From Candidatus Eiseniibacteriota bacterium (GTDB lineage: Bacteria > Eisenbacteria > RBG-16-71-46), in assembly GCA_031364845.1 (NCBI GenBank), contig JANLWX010000019.1, forward strand, positions 1 to 64,000: a stretch of 64,000 bases of DNA. The letters run 5' to 3'. The notes under the pieces are model-generated. The model was given only the letters and a program-made list of their open reading frames with translations. It ran no database searches and had not been told where the DNA came from. The position numbers and the translations under genes are program-made. How positions within the stretch are numbered: the stretch's first letter is position 1; every line of letters begins with the position of its first letter. Shown here one piece after another: positions 18,261-26,800 of this stretch.

Positions 18261-19508
18261 ATGAATCCTCTCCGCATCGCATCGTCGGTCCTGCTCGGAG
18301 CGCTGCTCCTCGGCTCTGCGTCGTGTTCGCAAAGGTCCCCGTTGTCGCCGCCTGTTCAGGCCGCGCGGGCCACGTCAGCCGCCACGGTGGGTGTCACGTT
18401 TTACGTCGCGGCTCCCTCAAACACCCCGGCCGGAGACTCGGTCTTCATCGCCGGCGACTTCCAGGGATGGAACCCGCGCAACCCCGCCTACGCGCTGACG
18501 AAGCAGCTCAACGGGCGCTGGACCATCACGCTCCCGTTGCCCGCCGGATCTCCGATCCAGTTCAAGTTCACGCGCGGCGGCTGGGACCGGGTGGAAAAAG
18601 GTCCGAACGGAGAAGAGATCTCGAACCGCACCCTCACGCCCGACGGTGTGAGCACCTACGACTTCACGGTCGCGCGCTGGGCCGACACCGGAAGCCCGGG
18701 AACCATCGTGGGTCACGTCGAGTCGTTCACCTACGTCGCGTTCCTCGGCGGCCGGAGGATCTGGGTCTACCTGCCGCCCGATTATGCGAGCAGCACCAAG
18801 CACTACCCGGTGCTCTACATGCACGACGGCCAGAACCTGTTCGACGTGCGCACCAGTTTCTCCGGCGAATGGCAGGTCGACGAAGCGTGCGAGCAGCTGA
18901 TCGCTTCGGGCGAGATCAATCCGGTGATCGTGATCGGCATCGAGAACGGCGGCGCCAACCGGATCAACGAATACACGCCGTGGCCCTCGGCCGGATACGG
19001 AGGTGGCGGGGGCAACGCGTATCTCACCGCGATCCGCGACCTGCTCAAGCCCGAAGTCGATCGCCGCTATCGCACGCTGGTCGGCGAGAGCAACACGTTC
19101 ATGGCGGGCTCGTCGCTCGGCGGACTGATCAGCGCCTACGCCGGCTACCAGTACTCCGGAACGTTCCGCCGTGTGGCGTGTGTATCGCCGTCGCTGTGGT
19201 GGGACAACCGCCACATGATCGCCGACGCTGCAGCGCAGGGCCGCCCTGACATCGCGCGCTGGTATCAGGACATGGGCACGCTCGAAAGCGGCACGATGCA
19301 GGATTCAAATGGCAACGGCGTCGATGATTCGATCGACGAACTGCGCGCGATGCGTGACGTGCTGATCGGGCAGGGACTCGAAGTGAACGTCGATCTCAAG
19401 TCGCTCGAAGCCGCGGGCCACCGCCACAACGAGAGCTACTGGGCGCAGCGCGTGCCCGCGATGCTGAGGTTCCTGGTCGGAAGATCGATTACCGCCAGCG
19501 TCCCTTAG
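18261..19508 (+). CDS. CBM20-like domain plus alpha/beta-hydrolase esterase, probable lipoprotein
   Basis: NTPAGDSVFIAGDFQGWNP...FKFTRGGWDRVEKG, IWVYLPPDY, YPVLYMHDGQNLFD, nucleophile GSSLGG, HNESYW. Confidence 0.88.
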   Translation: MNPLRIASSVLLGALLLGSASCSQRSPLSPPVQAARATSAATVGVTFYVAAPSNTPAGDSVFIAGDFQGWNPRNPAYALTKQLNGRWTITLPLPAGSPIQFKFTRGGWDRVEKGPNGEEISNRTLTPDGVSTYDFTVARWADTGSPGTIVGHVESFTYVAFLGGRRIWVYLPPDYASSTKHYPVLYMHDGQNLFDVRTSFSGEWQVDEACEQLIASGEINPVIVIGIENGGANRINEYTPWPSAGYGGGGGNAYLTAIRDLLKPEVDRRYRTLVGESNTFMAGSSLGGLISAYAGYQYSGTFRRVACVSPSLWWDNRHMIADAAAQGRPDIARWYQDMGTLESGTMQDSNGNGVDDSIDELRAMRDVLIGQGLEVNVDLKSLEAAGHRHNESYWAQRVPAMLRFLVGRSITASVP

Positions 19509-19515
19509 TTTTGCC

Positions 19516-20370
19516 TCACAGCCCGTCGTACTTGGAGTACCCGCGTTCGTTCCAGTAATCGCGCGGTTCGCTCGCCGTGTACTCGATGTGCGTCAGCGCC
19601 TTGATGTTCTTGAGGCCAAGCTTGACCGGCGCCAGCAGCCGCAGCGGCGCGCCGTGTGCGAGCGTCAACGGATGTCCGCCCTGATGCGTGGCGAGCAGCG
19701 TCTGCGGATGGCGCGCGGTCTCGAGATCGATCGAGACGAAGTACTCCTCGGGCCGTCCCCTTCCATCGAGACTGACCGCCGAGCGCATCGACGCCCATCG
19801 CGCGCCGGCCGCGGGCGGATACGCGTGGAGGAAGTCGGCGAAGCGGATCCCACCCCACCACGCGATCGCGCTCCATCCTTCGACGCACACGAGCCGCGTG
19901 ACCTGGCCATGCAGCGGGAAGCGCTGGAGCAGATCGTCCACCGAGAATTGCATCGCGGTACCGGTCGCGAGCCCCGACACGTTCAACGACCACGCGGCGA
20001 GCATCTCGGGGCCGGGCGTGCGTCCGTGGTAGTTGTTCGGGAGCTTCGTGACTTCGGAGCGATCGTAGGTGCGCACGCGGCGATTCTTGGAGTACAGCGC
20101 CTCGGAGACGTCGTCGTCGAACGTGAGCGCGCGATCGAGCACCGCCTCGCGGCGCCCAGCCGTCAGCCCGACCCGCGCCGCCAGCGTGTCGAGGCGCCCG
20201 CGCAGCATGCCCGGCACGAAGCGCGCCTTGTGGCGATCGGGCAACAGCCACCACGCGGCGGTGGCGCTCGCGACCGTGCCGAGTGCCAGCAGCAGGAAGT
20301 CGCGCCGCGACTGCGCGACAAGTTTTCGACGCGGGACTTCGACTATCGGAGACTCGCGATCGTCATTCAT
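19516..20370 (-). CDS. Molybdopterin-dependent oxidoreductase (sulfite oxidase/MsrP-like)
   Basis: SRRDFLL twin-arginine-like motif, LVCVEGWS (Mo-ligand Cys), HGAPLRL...KLGLKNIK, YWNERGY. Confidence 0.9.
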   Translation of the reverse strand: MNDDRESPIVEVPRRKLVAQSRRDFLLLALGTVASATAAWWLLPDRHKARFVPGMLRGRLDTLAARVGLTAGRREAVLDRALTFDDDVSEALYSKNRRVRTYDRSEVTKLPNNYHGRTPGPEMLAAWSLNVSGLATGTAMQFSVDDLLQRFPLHGQVTRLVCVEGWSAIAWWGGIRFADFLHAYPPAAGARWASMRSAVSLDGRGRPEEYFVSIDLETARHPQTLLATHQGGHPLTLAHGAPLRLLAPVKLGLKNIKALTHIEYTASEPRDYWNERGYSKYDGL

Positions 20371-21154
20371 GCGGATCTCCTTTCACACGCCTCGACCATC
20401 CGACCACCATCGAGCGGAACGTGTCCCAGCCATCGGCGATCACGAGGATCACGTGGGGCACGACGAACGACGCGAGCACGAGCATGCACACGAAGTGAAC
20501 GACGCGCGCGCCGTCGTAGTTCACGAACAAACGCTCGAGCCATCCGAGCTGGACGGGCTTGTGCATCGCCCACCCCGACAGCACCGCGAGTGCCCCGGCG
20601 AGCGGAATCGAGAAGTACGCGGCGCGCTGGAGTGCGTTGTACTTGCCGTGCACGGGCGGATGGGGCCATGGTCGCCTCGAGATCGCCATCGGAATCACAC
20701 CCGCGTAGAAGCGCAGCATCGCCATGGCGCCGGCGACGTCGGATGGCCGCGGCATCAGCGCGCGCCAGCCGCCACCGACCACGAGCCCCGCGACATAGAC
20801 CAGCCCGTTCAGCATGAACAGATAGGCGAGCGCCCAGTGAAGCCGCAGCGCATTCGCGAGACGGCCGCCGCCGATGCCGAAGTGGTCGTAGATCCACATG
20901 CGCGGATCGCCATCGCTGCGGAGAGCGCCCGCGATCGCGCGGCCCAGGTCGACGAGATAATCGCGGCTCCCGGTCACGGGATCGCGGGCGTGAGTGAATA
21001 CCGGAGCTGCCCAGTAGATCGACAGGCCGGTCGCGATCAGGCCGAACAGCAGCGGCAGGTTGATCCAGTGGGACAGGCGAACGAGCGCGTGGTGCTTGCG
21101 CACGACACGGACGCGATCACGGGCATGGACAGCGGCGGCGGCACGAACGGCCAT
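20363..21154 (-). CDS. Cytochrome b/b6 domain membrane subunit
   Basis: VRLSHWIN, LRLHWALAY, KYNALQRAAY, ARVVHF...PHV heme-ligand His residues. Overlaps the Mo-enzyme start. Confidence 0.88.
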   Translation of the reverse strand: MAVRAAAAVHARDRVRVVRKHHALVRLSHWINLPLLFGLIATGLSIYWAAPVFTHARDPVTGSRDYLVDLGRAIAGALRSDGDPRMWIYDHFGIGGGRLANALRLHWALAYLFMLNGLVYVAGLVVGGGWRALMPRPSDVAGAMAMLRFYAGVIPMAISRRPWPHPPVHGKYNALQRAAYFSIPLAGALAVLSGWAMHKPVQLGWLERLFVNYDGARVVHFVCMLVLASFVVPHVILVIADGWDTFRSMVVGWSRRVKGDPHE

Positions 21155-21421
21155 TCGTCGGTCTCCGGATGGATGAGCAACGCGGGCGGAACAATGCTCC
21201 TACGCGAACGGGTGCGCAAAGTGACCCGCACGAGCGTTGAAATCGCCGGGACCGCGATCCGCCGCGCTCGTGGCCGCTTGACCGTTACCTGAAACGATCC
21301 CGACCGCTCAGGTGGTCTGATCGGTCACGACGGTAGCGGCGGGTGCGAACGGCGGCGCAACCTTCGAAGCATCCACGCGTATCAAGACCATCCGCGAAGG
21401 CCGAAGAAAGGAACCCGAACG

Positions 21422-21718
21422 ATGACGTGGAAAGAGCAGAACGACACGGTGATCCTCACCCCGCACGGCAATCTGCACGAAGGTGAGGAGTGCGATGCCC
21501 TCGAACGCGGTCTCGAGAGTCTCCTCGAACGCGGAGCGCACGAAGTGGTCGTCGATCTGGCGGAAACCGGGCATCTGTCCGCGCACTCGATCGGAATCCT
21601 TGCGCGCGCACAGAGCCTGATGCGCTCGCGCGGTCATCATCTCGCGCTGCGGGGTGTTCATGACGACCAGCGGTGGGTGCTCCAGGTCACGCGGACCGGC
21701 GAAGTGCTCGGTATTTGA
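21422..21718 (+). CDS. STAS domain anti-sigma factor antagonist
   Basis: 98 aa with AAAGGA RBS. VVVDLAETGHLSAHSIGIL and VLQVTR. Confidence 0.75.
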   Translation: MTWKEQNDTVILTPHGNLHEGEECDALERGLESLLERGAHEVVVDLAETGHLSAHSIGILARAQSLMRSRGHHLALRGVHDDQRWVLQVTRTGEVLGI

Positions 21719-21729
21719 CGTCCGCGAGT

Positions 21730-21912
21730 TCACCCCCCGCGAGCGCGGTATGCCAGATAGACGCACGCGACGATCAGAATCAAGAGAGCCAGCCGGGCCA
21801 TGCCCATCATGCGCGTGCGCGCGAGGTGCTGGGTACCTTTGGGTTTGATTCCCGTAACCGCTGCCAGCGCGGTGATCACCACCGCGATTCCGAGCCACAT
21901 GAGCCACGTCAT
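21730..21912 (-). CDS. Small two-TM membrane protein (60 aa)
   Basis: MTWLMWLGIAVVITALAAVTGIKPKG...LALLILIVACVYLAY. ATGA overlap with the upstream stop, and GGAGG upstream. Confidence 0.7.
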   Translation of the reverse strand: MTWLMWLGIAVVITALAAVTGIKPKGTQHLARTRMMGMARLALLILIVACVYLAYRARGG

Positions 21913-23246
21913 CTCGATCCCTCCGACCCTGCCGTGCGCAGGTCTTCTGGTAGCCGCGGCGAAGCGAGCAGTGTGCGGTACAACTCCCAGCGCCGCGCGG
22001 AATGTGCGGCGTCGCCACCATTCTTCTCCAGCCAGTCGAGCACCATCGATCGTCCGAGCCGGTAGTTGATCACGTAGCTCCCATAGCGTTCGGCGAAGCG
22101 GAGATCCTTGTCGGCGCGCTCGGGCGTTCGAACGGCGTACTCCATGAGCCACTGCTGCGCCTGGTCGCGAGTCATCGTCCCGTCGATCCAGCGGCGCGCG
22201 CCTTCGACGCCGGTCATGGATAGTCTCTGCATGGCGTCGGAAATCTTCGCGAAGCGATCGTAGGCGCTGGTGTCGATTCCCGCCAGCGGGCACAGGACGT
22301 TCTTCGTGAAGCGATCGAGCTCGGCGCCCGGAAATGCGACATCAGTGCCTATCACAGCGGTGCCCTCGGCGATCAGCGACTGAGGCGCCATGAGCGGGTA
22401 GATCGTGAACTCCTTCCATCCGCGCTCGCGCACGAGCGCCTGTTCCAGCAGCACGCCGTAGACGTGATGACCTGGGTAGCCTTCGTGGCACGCGAGGTCC
22501 AGCGCCCGATCGATGTAGCTCGGGAAGTCGATGTTCACCTGAATCAGGCTGCGGTATCCGCCCTGATACCAGTTGTAGCCGCCCCACGGCTGGCCCTTCA
22601 CGAACTCGACGACGAACGATTCGGAATCCGGCAGCGTGATGTGTTCGATCGTGCGGCGGCGCGCTTCCGCGATCGCGACCGCGAAGACCGTGTCGAGCTT
22701 CGCCGCGGGAATCTTGAACGCTTCACGATAGAGCTCCCAGCGCTCGACGAGCGGACCGCTGCCCGGCAGCAGTGAGTCGAGCGTGGCGAGCGCGGGCCGG
22801 AACACCGAGTCGACGAGCGACGGCGCGACCGCGTCGTAGAGCGCCTGCGACTCCTGATCGAACGAGAACTTCTCACCGTTCAGCATGCGCGCGCGGAACG
22901 CGAGCGCCTGGAGTTGCCGGCGCAGGAAACGTTGGCGCAGCACGGTGAGCTCGTCAGCGCCGCGCGCCGCCGGAGTCTCGAGGCGCGCGACGAGCGAATG
23001 GGTCGTGGAGATGATTCGCGGGAGCGGTATCGAGTCGCGATCCGCCGCGGCTTTCCATTCCGGCGGACCATAGAACGCGTCGACGTAATCAGGGTCGTGC
23101 TTCGCCATGGCGAGCACCATGCGAGCGTAGCGTTCGCCCAAAGCATCCAGTTCCGCAGGCGTCAGCGCGGCCGGTCGTGAAGCACAGGAGGCAACGACAG
23201 CGGCAACGAACATCAGGCTCAGCAATCGCAATACACGGTGAAACAC
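21909..23246 (-). CDS. DUF885-like putative metallopeptidase lipoprotein
   Basis: GTG start after GGAGG and lipobox VASC. LACHEGYPGHH, IAEG, SYVINYRLG. Confidence 0.75.
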   Translation of the reverse strand: MFHRVLRLLSLMFVAAVVASCASRPAALTPAELDALGERYARMVLAMAKHDPDYVDAFYGPPEWKAAADRDSIPLPRIISTTHSLVARLETPAARGADELTVLRQRFLRRQLQALAFRARMLNGEKFSFDQESQALYDAVAPSLVDSVFRPALATLDSLLPGSGPLVERWELYREAFKIPAAKLDTVFAVAIAEARRRTIEHITLPDSESFVVEFVKGQPWGGYNWYQGGYRSLIQVNIDFPSYIDRALDLACHEGYPGHHVYGVLLEQALVRERGWKEFTIYPLMAPQSLIAEGTAVIGTDVAFPGAELDRFTKNVLCPLAGIDTSAYDRFAKISDAMQRLSMTGVEGARRWIDGTMTRDQAQQWLMEYAVRTPERADKDLRFAERYGSYVINYRLGRSMVLDWLEKNGGDAAHSARRWELYRTLLASPRLPEDLRTAGSEGSR

Positions 23247-23329
23247 GAATCCTCCGGTCATGCTCCGCGCAAGGCCGCGATTCGCGGGTCGCGGCTTCCG
23301 GGACTGTCGAGGCTGAACGACCGTGCATC

Positions 23330-23706
23330 GCCGAGGTCGTCGCGAACGAGTCGTCGCCGAACACTTCGCGCTCGAGATCGCGCGCATCGAGCAGGCTGCG
23401 ATGATCTTGGCGCAGCAGCACCATCGCATCGATCCCACTCACGAGCGCGATCTGATACCTCTACGTAGGTGCAACCGCGCGCCGCGGGCAGTTCATGGAT
23501 CTGGAGCGACGCGGCCGCGGCATCCGCCTGGGCGCGGCCGATGCCCGCGCGGGCAAACAGCGTGAGATAGGGACCGACGCCGCCCACCGAGCGCGACCAG
23601 CCGCTGCGCTCGAGAACTTCCGCGGCGGACCGGCTCATGAGCGATCCGTCCAGTTCTGGCGATGCCACCACCAGGCCCGCAGCTTCTCCGCCAACGCCGG
23701 TTTCAT
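23330..23706 (-). pseudogene. Remnant of a YcaQ/AlkZ-like winged-helix protein gene
   Basis: GGAG-ATG MKPALAEKLRAWWWHRQ, then a frameshift to LDGSL...GWSRSVGGVGPYLTLFARAG...HELPAARGCTYV, then a jump to another frame with ALVSGIDAMVLLRQDHRSLLD. Family recognised from memory; the lower boundary is approximate. Confidence 0.6.
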
Positions 23707-23880
23707 GGTTCGCGATCTCCCGTGATGGCGAAAAGTGCCTTGCAGTCGCAGACGCCGAGACTATAACTTGCTCGTACTTCGCTGGCATCCGGGCGTTTTC
23801 CACCGGGCCGGCAACGACTCCAGCGCGTTCGAATTGCATCTTGCCTCCGGTCATCCGGAGATCAGCCGAAAGGATCGAAC

Positions 23881-24339
23881 ATGCGTGGCCTGCCCCCGCT
23901 TGTTGCCCCACTGCTCGTCGCATTCTCACTGATCATCGGGTCCGGCGTCGCGTCGAATCCAAAGACGGCGGGCGATCCGTTTCGAGCCGGATCTCCGATC
24001 ACCGTGCGAAAACCGGTTCGCATTCAGCGGCTCGCGAAGCATCCGGAGAAGTTCCAGGGCAAGGTGCTGAGGCTGGAAGGCACGGTCAAGGATGTCTGCC
24101 AGGGCCGCGGTTGCTGGGTCGACATCGAGGATGCGAACGGCGTGACCTTCATGGCGAAGAGCCTCGACGAATCTGTGTTGCTGCCCAAGGATTGCGCGGG
24201 GCGCAAGGTGATCGTCCAGGGTATCGTCACCGCACTTCCGCACGCGCACGACGAGGCGACCGAGGAAGGCCACTCCTGTCCCGCCCCGCGTTTCGTGCTG
24301 GCGACGCAGGGCGTGGAGTTGATCGCGGAACGGAGATAG
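23881..24339 (+). CDS. DUF4920 domain secreted protein
   Basis: Signal peptide and GKVLRLEGTVKDVCQGRGCW. Confidence 0.75.
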   Translation: MRGLPPLVAPLLVAFSLIIGSGVASNPKTAGDPFRAGSPITVRKPVRIQRLAKHPEKFQGKVLRLEGTVKDVCQGRGCWVDIEDANGVTFMAKSLDESVLLPKDCAGRKVIVQGIVTALPHAHDEATEEGHSCPAPRFVLATQGVELIAERR

Positions 24340-24589
24340 CCGCGCGCGAAACCCGCGACTCGGCGGCGCGATCATCATCGAGACGGTGATCGCGCCGCGT
24401 TCGCGAAGGCCGTGTTTCGAACCCGGTTTCTATCTCTTCGAGAATCGATCCGTCGCCGCCAACAGCGCGCGTGAGTTGGGCGGCTCGAAGGCACTGTGGC
24501 CGCTGTCCGGCGTCATGATGAAGTCCGCCTCGGGCGACGCGCGGTGCAGATCCCATGCGCTGGTCGGCGGGCACAGGACATCGTAGCGG
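24262..24589 (+). repeat. Imperfect direct repeat, copy A (DUF4920 3' end, spacer, pip 3' end)
   Basis: Aligns by eye with 28831-29143. Confidence 0.92.
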
Positions 24590-24605
24590 ATCGAAGAACC
24601 GCCGA
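24430..24605 (-). pseudogene. Prolyl aminopeptidase 3' remnant
   Basis: Reads RYDVLCPPTSAWDLHRASPEADFIMTPDSGHSAFEPPNSRALLAATDRFSKR*. It is joined to an 18-nt piece (ggatcgaagaaccgccga) identical to pip 29762-29779. Confidence 0.88.
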
Positions 24606-24849
24606 GTGGAACATCCTCTTTGGTTCCGTCAGGACGAGACGGCGAGCCGTCGTGGGCGGGGCGAGTGGTTTCACGGTCGTTCCGTAGATCGGGTCCCGCC
24701 TTCCTCAGTAGCTGCGCGAGGTCGAACCCTAAGGAAAATGCTCCAACCGCCGGGATTCTTTCCGTAGACGCCTCTCAACTTTGTCGCCAGGGCGGAGCGG
24801 CTGTTCGGGCTATAATCGCGTGACAAAACCCGTCCGGAAGGAGTCCTTC

Positions 24850-26799
24850 ATGCTGAGATCCTCCACCCGCTGGTCCGTCCTGATGGCGGCAGTACTCCTC
24901 TTCGCCCCGGATCGAGCTGTTTTCGGCCAGACCCCTGCGCAGGATGGCCAATGGTCACCGCTCTTCAACCTGCCCCTCATCGCGATCCATTCGAGCCTCC
25001 TCCCGACAGGCCACATCCTGCTGTTCTCGGCCGAACACGGGGTTCCGGGCATACACGCATGGGTCCTCGATCCCCAAACGTTGGCACTCACCAACGTGCC
25101 GCCTCCGGCTGGATGGAACCTCGATTGTGCAGGGCACAGTTTCCTTCCAGATGGACGTTTGCTCGTCGCGGGAGGCACGCTTCAGTTCAACCCGCTCCTG
25201 GGCTCGAAGCGCGCTGCCATTTTCGACCCGTATACATTGGCATGGATCCCGGTCGCGGACATGGCCGACGGCCGCTGGTATCCGACCAATGTCACGCTCC
25301 CCGACGGCCGCATCGTGACCATGTCCGGAGTCGACGGCACCTCGGGCGCGCTCAACACGGACATCGAGCGTTGGGATCCCAACGGTAGCTCGAACTGGGA
25401 GCTGATCGGGCAGAGACTGATGCCCGACTACCCGAACTTGCACGTGATGCCGAGCGGGGTGGTTTTCCGCTCGGGGCCTGACTCGCAAACGGAGACTTAC
25501 AATCCCGCCACACTCGTGTGGACGCCGGTGGCCACGACCAACGCGCCAGCACGCTACGAAGCGCCCTCGGTTCTGCTTCCACCGACGTTGAATCGAGTGA
25601 TGCTCATGGGTGGCTATGTCGAGACCAGCGGTACGCCGACCAATTCGGTCGAAACGATCGATCTGTCCGCCCCGACGCCGACATGGGTCATCGGCCCGCA
25701 CATGCTGACTCGTCGCATCCAGCACAACGCGGTACTGCTTCCGGACACCAAAGTGCTGGTCGTAGGAGGCAGAAGGAACACCGCTGGCGGAGTCGGTGAT
25801 TCGGTGATGGCCCCGGAGATCTTCGATCCGGCCACGTCCGTGTGGGATGCCGTCGCGTCCCACCGCGTCGCGCGAATGTACCACTCCACGGCGCTCCTGC
25901 TTCCCGACGGGCGTGTCTTGTCGGCCGGTGGCGATTACCACCCTTCAGGCGAGATCTACTCACCGCCTTACTTATTTGCCGGGCCGCGCCCGGTCATCAA
26001 CTCCGCCCCGGCGGCCATCGCCTACGGCGACACGTTCCCAGTCACCTTCGCCAGCGGAACAGGACCGTTCACGATTTCGTTGATCGCGCCTTCGGCCGTG
26101 ACGCATTCGAACAACATGAGCCAGAGATATGTACGCCTCATCCAAGTCGCGGAGGAGGGGACCGTCGATGTTCCGGCACCCGCCAACGCGAACCTGGCGC
26201 CGCCGGGTTTCTACATGCTCTTCGTCACTGACGCGACCGGCGTTCCCTCGGTGTCGCGCATGGTCAGGATTCTCATCCGCTTCGGCGACTTCAACCAGGA
26301 CAACGACGTCGATCCCGCGGACCTCGACTCCTTCGAGATCTGCTTCACCGGTCCGAACGCAGGACCTCCCGGCCGCAACTGCGAGTCCGGCGACTTCGAT
26401 GCGGATGGCGACATCGACTGCGCCGATTGGAGTCTCTTTGTCGAGGCGTGGACCGCTCCGGGCGAACCTGCGCCGCCGGCAGAGTGCCGGTCGACCGGAG
26501 TTGGATCGCAGGGATTCAGTGGCCTGGTTCAACTTCGTGCACCTTGGCCGAATCCTTCTCGCGACTTCGTCGACATCGGGTGCTCGTTACCTTCGGAATC
26601 GACGATGCGGCTCACCGTGCACGACGTGACCGGCAGGTTGCTCGCTGTGCTGGTGAACGGACGCCGGGCAGCGGGTGAGGTCACGCAGCGCTGGAAGCCG
26701 ACAGATCGAAGCGGCCGACCGTTGCCCGCCGGGGTGTACTTCGCGCGCTTGGCGGCATCAGGGAAAGCCGTGTCCCGGTTGTTCGTCGTAACCGAATAG
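24850..26799 (+). CDS. Galactose/glyoxal oxidase-like copper radical oxidase (kelch plus DUF1929) with dockerin-like and FlgD-Ig domains
   Basis: AAGGAG RBS and signal peptide. DCAGH, RWYPT, RMYHS, VTHS ligand motifs. GDFNQDNDVD...GDFDADGDID and PAGVYFARL. Confidence 0.9.
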   Translation: MLRSSTRWSVLMAAVLLFAPDRAVFGQTPAQDGQWSPLFNLPLIAIHSSLLPTGHILLFSAEHGVPGIHAWVLDPQTLALTNVPPPAGWNLDCAGHSFLPDGRLLVAGGTLQFNPLLGSKRAAIFDPYTLAWIPVADMADGRWYPTNVTLPDGRIVTMSGVDGTSGALNTDIERWDPNGSSNWELIGQRLMPDYPNLHVMPSGVVFRSGPDSQTETYNPATLVWTPVATTNAPARYEAPSVLLPPTLNRVMLMGGYVETSGTPTNSVETIDLSAPTPTWVIGPHMLTRRIQHNAVLLPDTKVLVVGGRRNTAGGVGDSVMAPEIFDPATSVWDAVASHRVARMYHSTALLLPDGRVLSAGGDYHPSGEIYSPPYLFAGPRPVINSAPAAIAYGDTFPVTFASGTGPFTISLIAPSAVTHSNNMSQRYVRLIQVAEEGTVDVPAPANANLAPPGFYMLFVTDATGVPSVSRMVRILIRFGDFNQDNDVDPADLDSFEICFTGPNAGPPGRNCESGDFDADGDIDCADWSLFVEAWTAPGEPAPPAECRSTGVGSQGFSGLVQLRAPWPNPSRDFVDIGCSLPSESTMRLTVHDVTGRLLAVLVNGRRAAGEVTQRWKPTDRSGRPLPAGVYFARLAASGKAVSRLFVVTE

Positions 26800-26800
26800 G

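Noticed and set aside
24606..24849. Possible IS end or att site at the left edge of the islet (ttccgtaga twice; TATAAT at 24811)
   Set aside because: No terminal inverted repeat, transposase or matching right-hand site, and no properly spaced -35 box.
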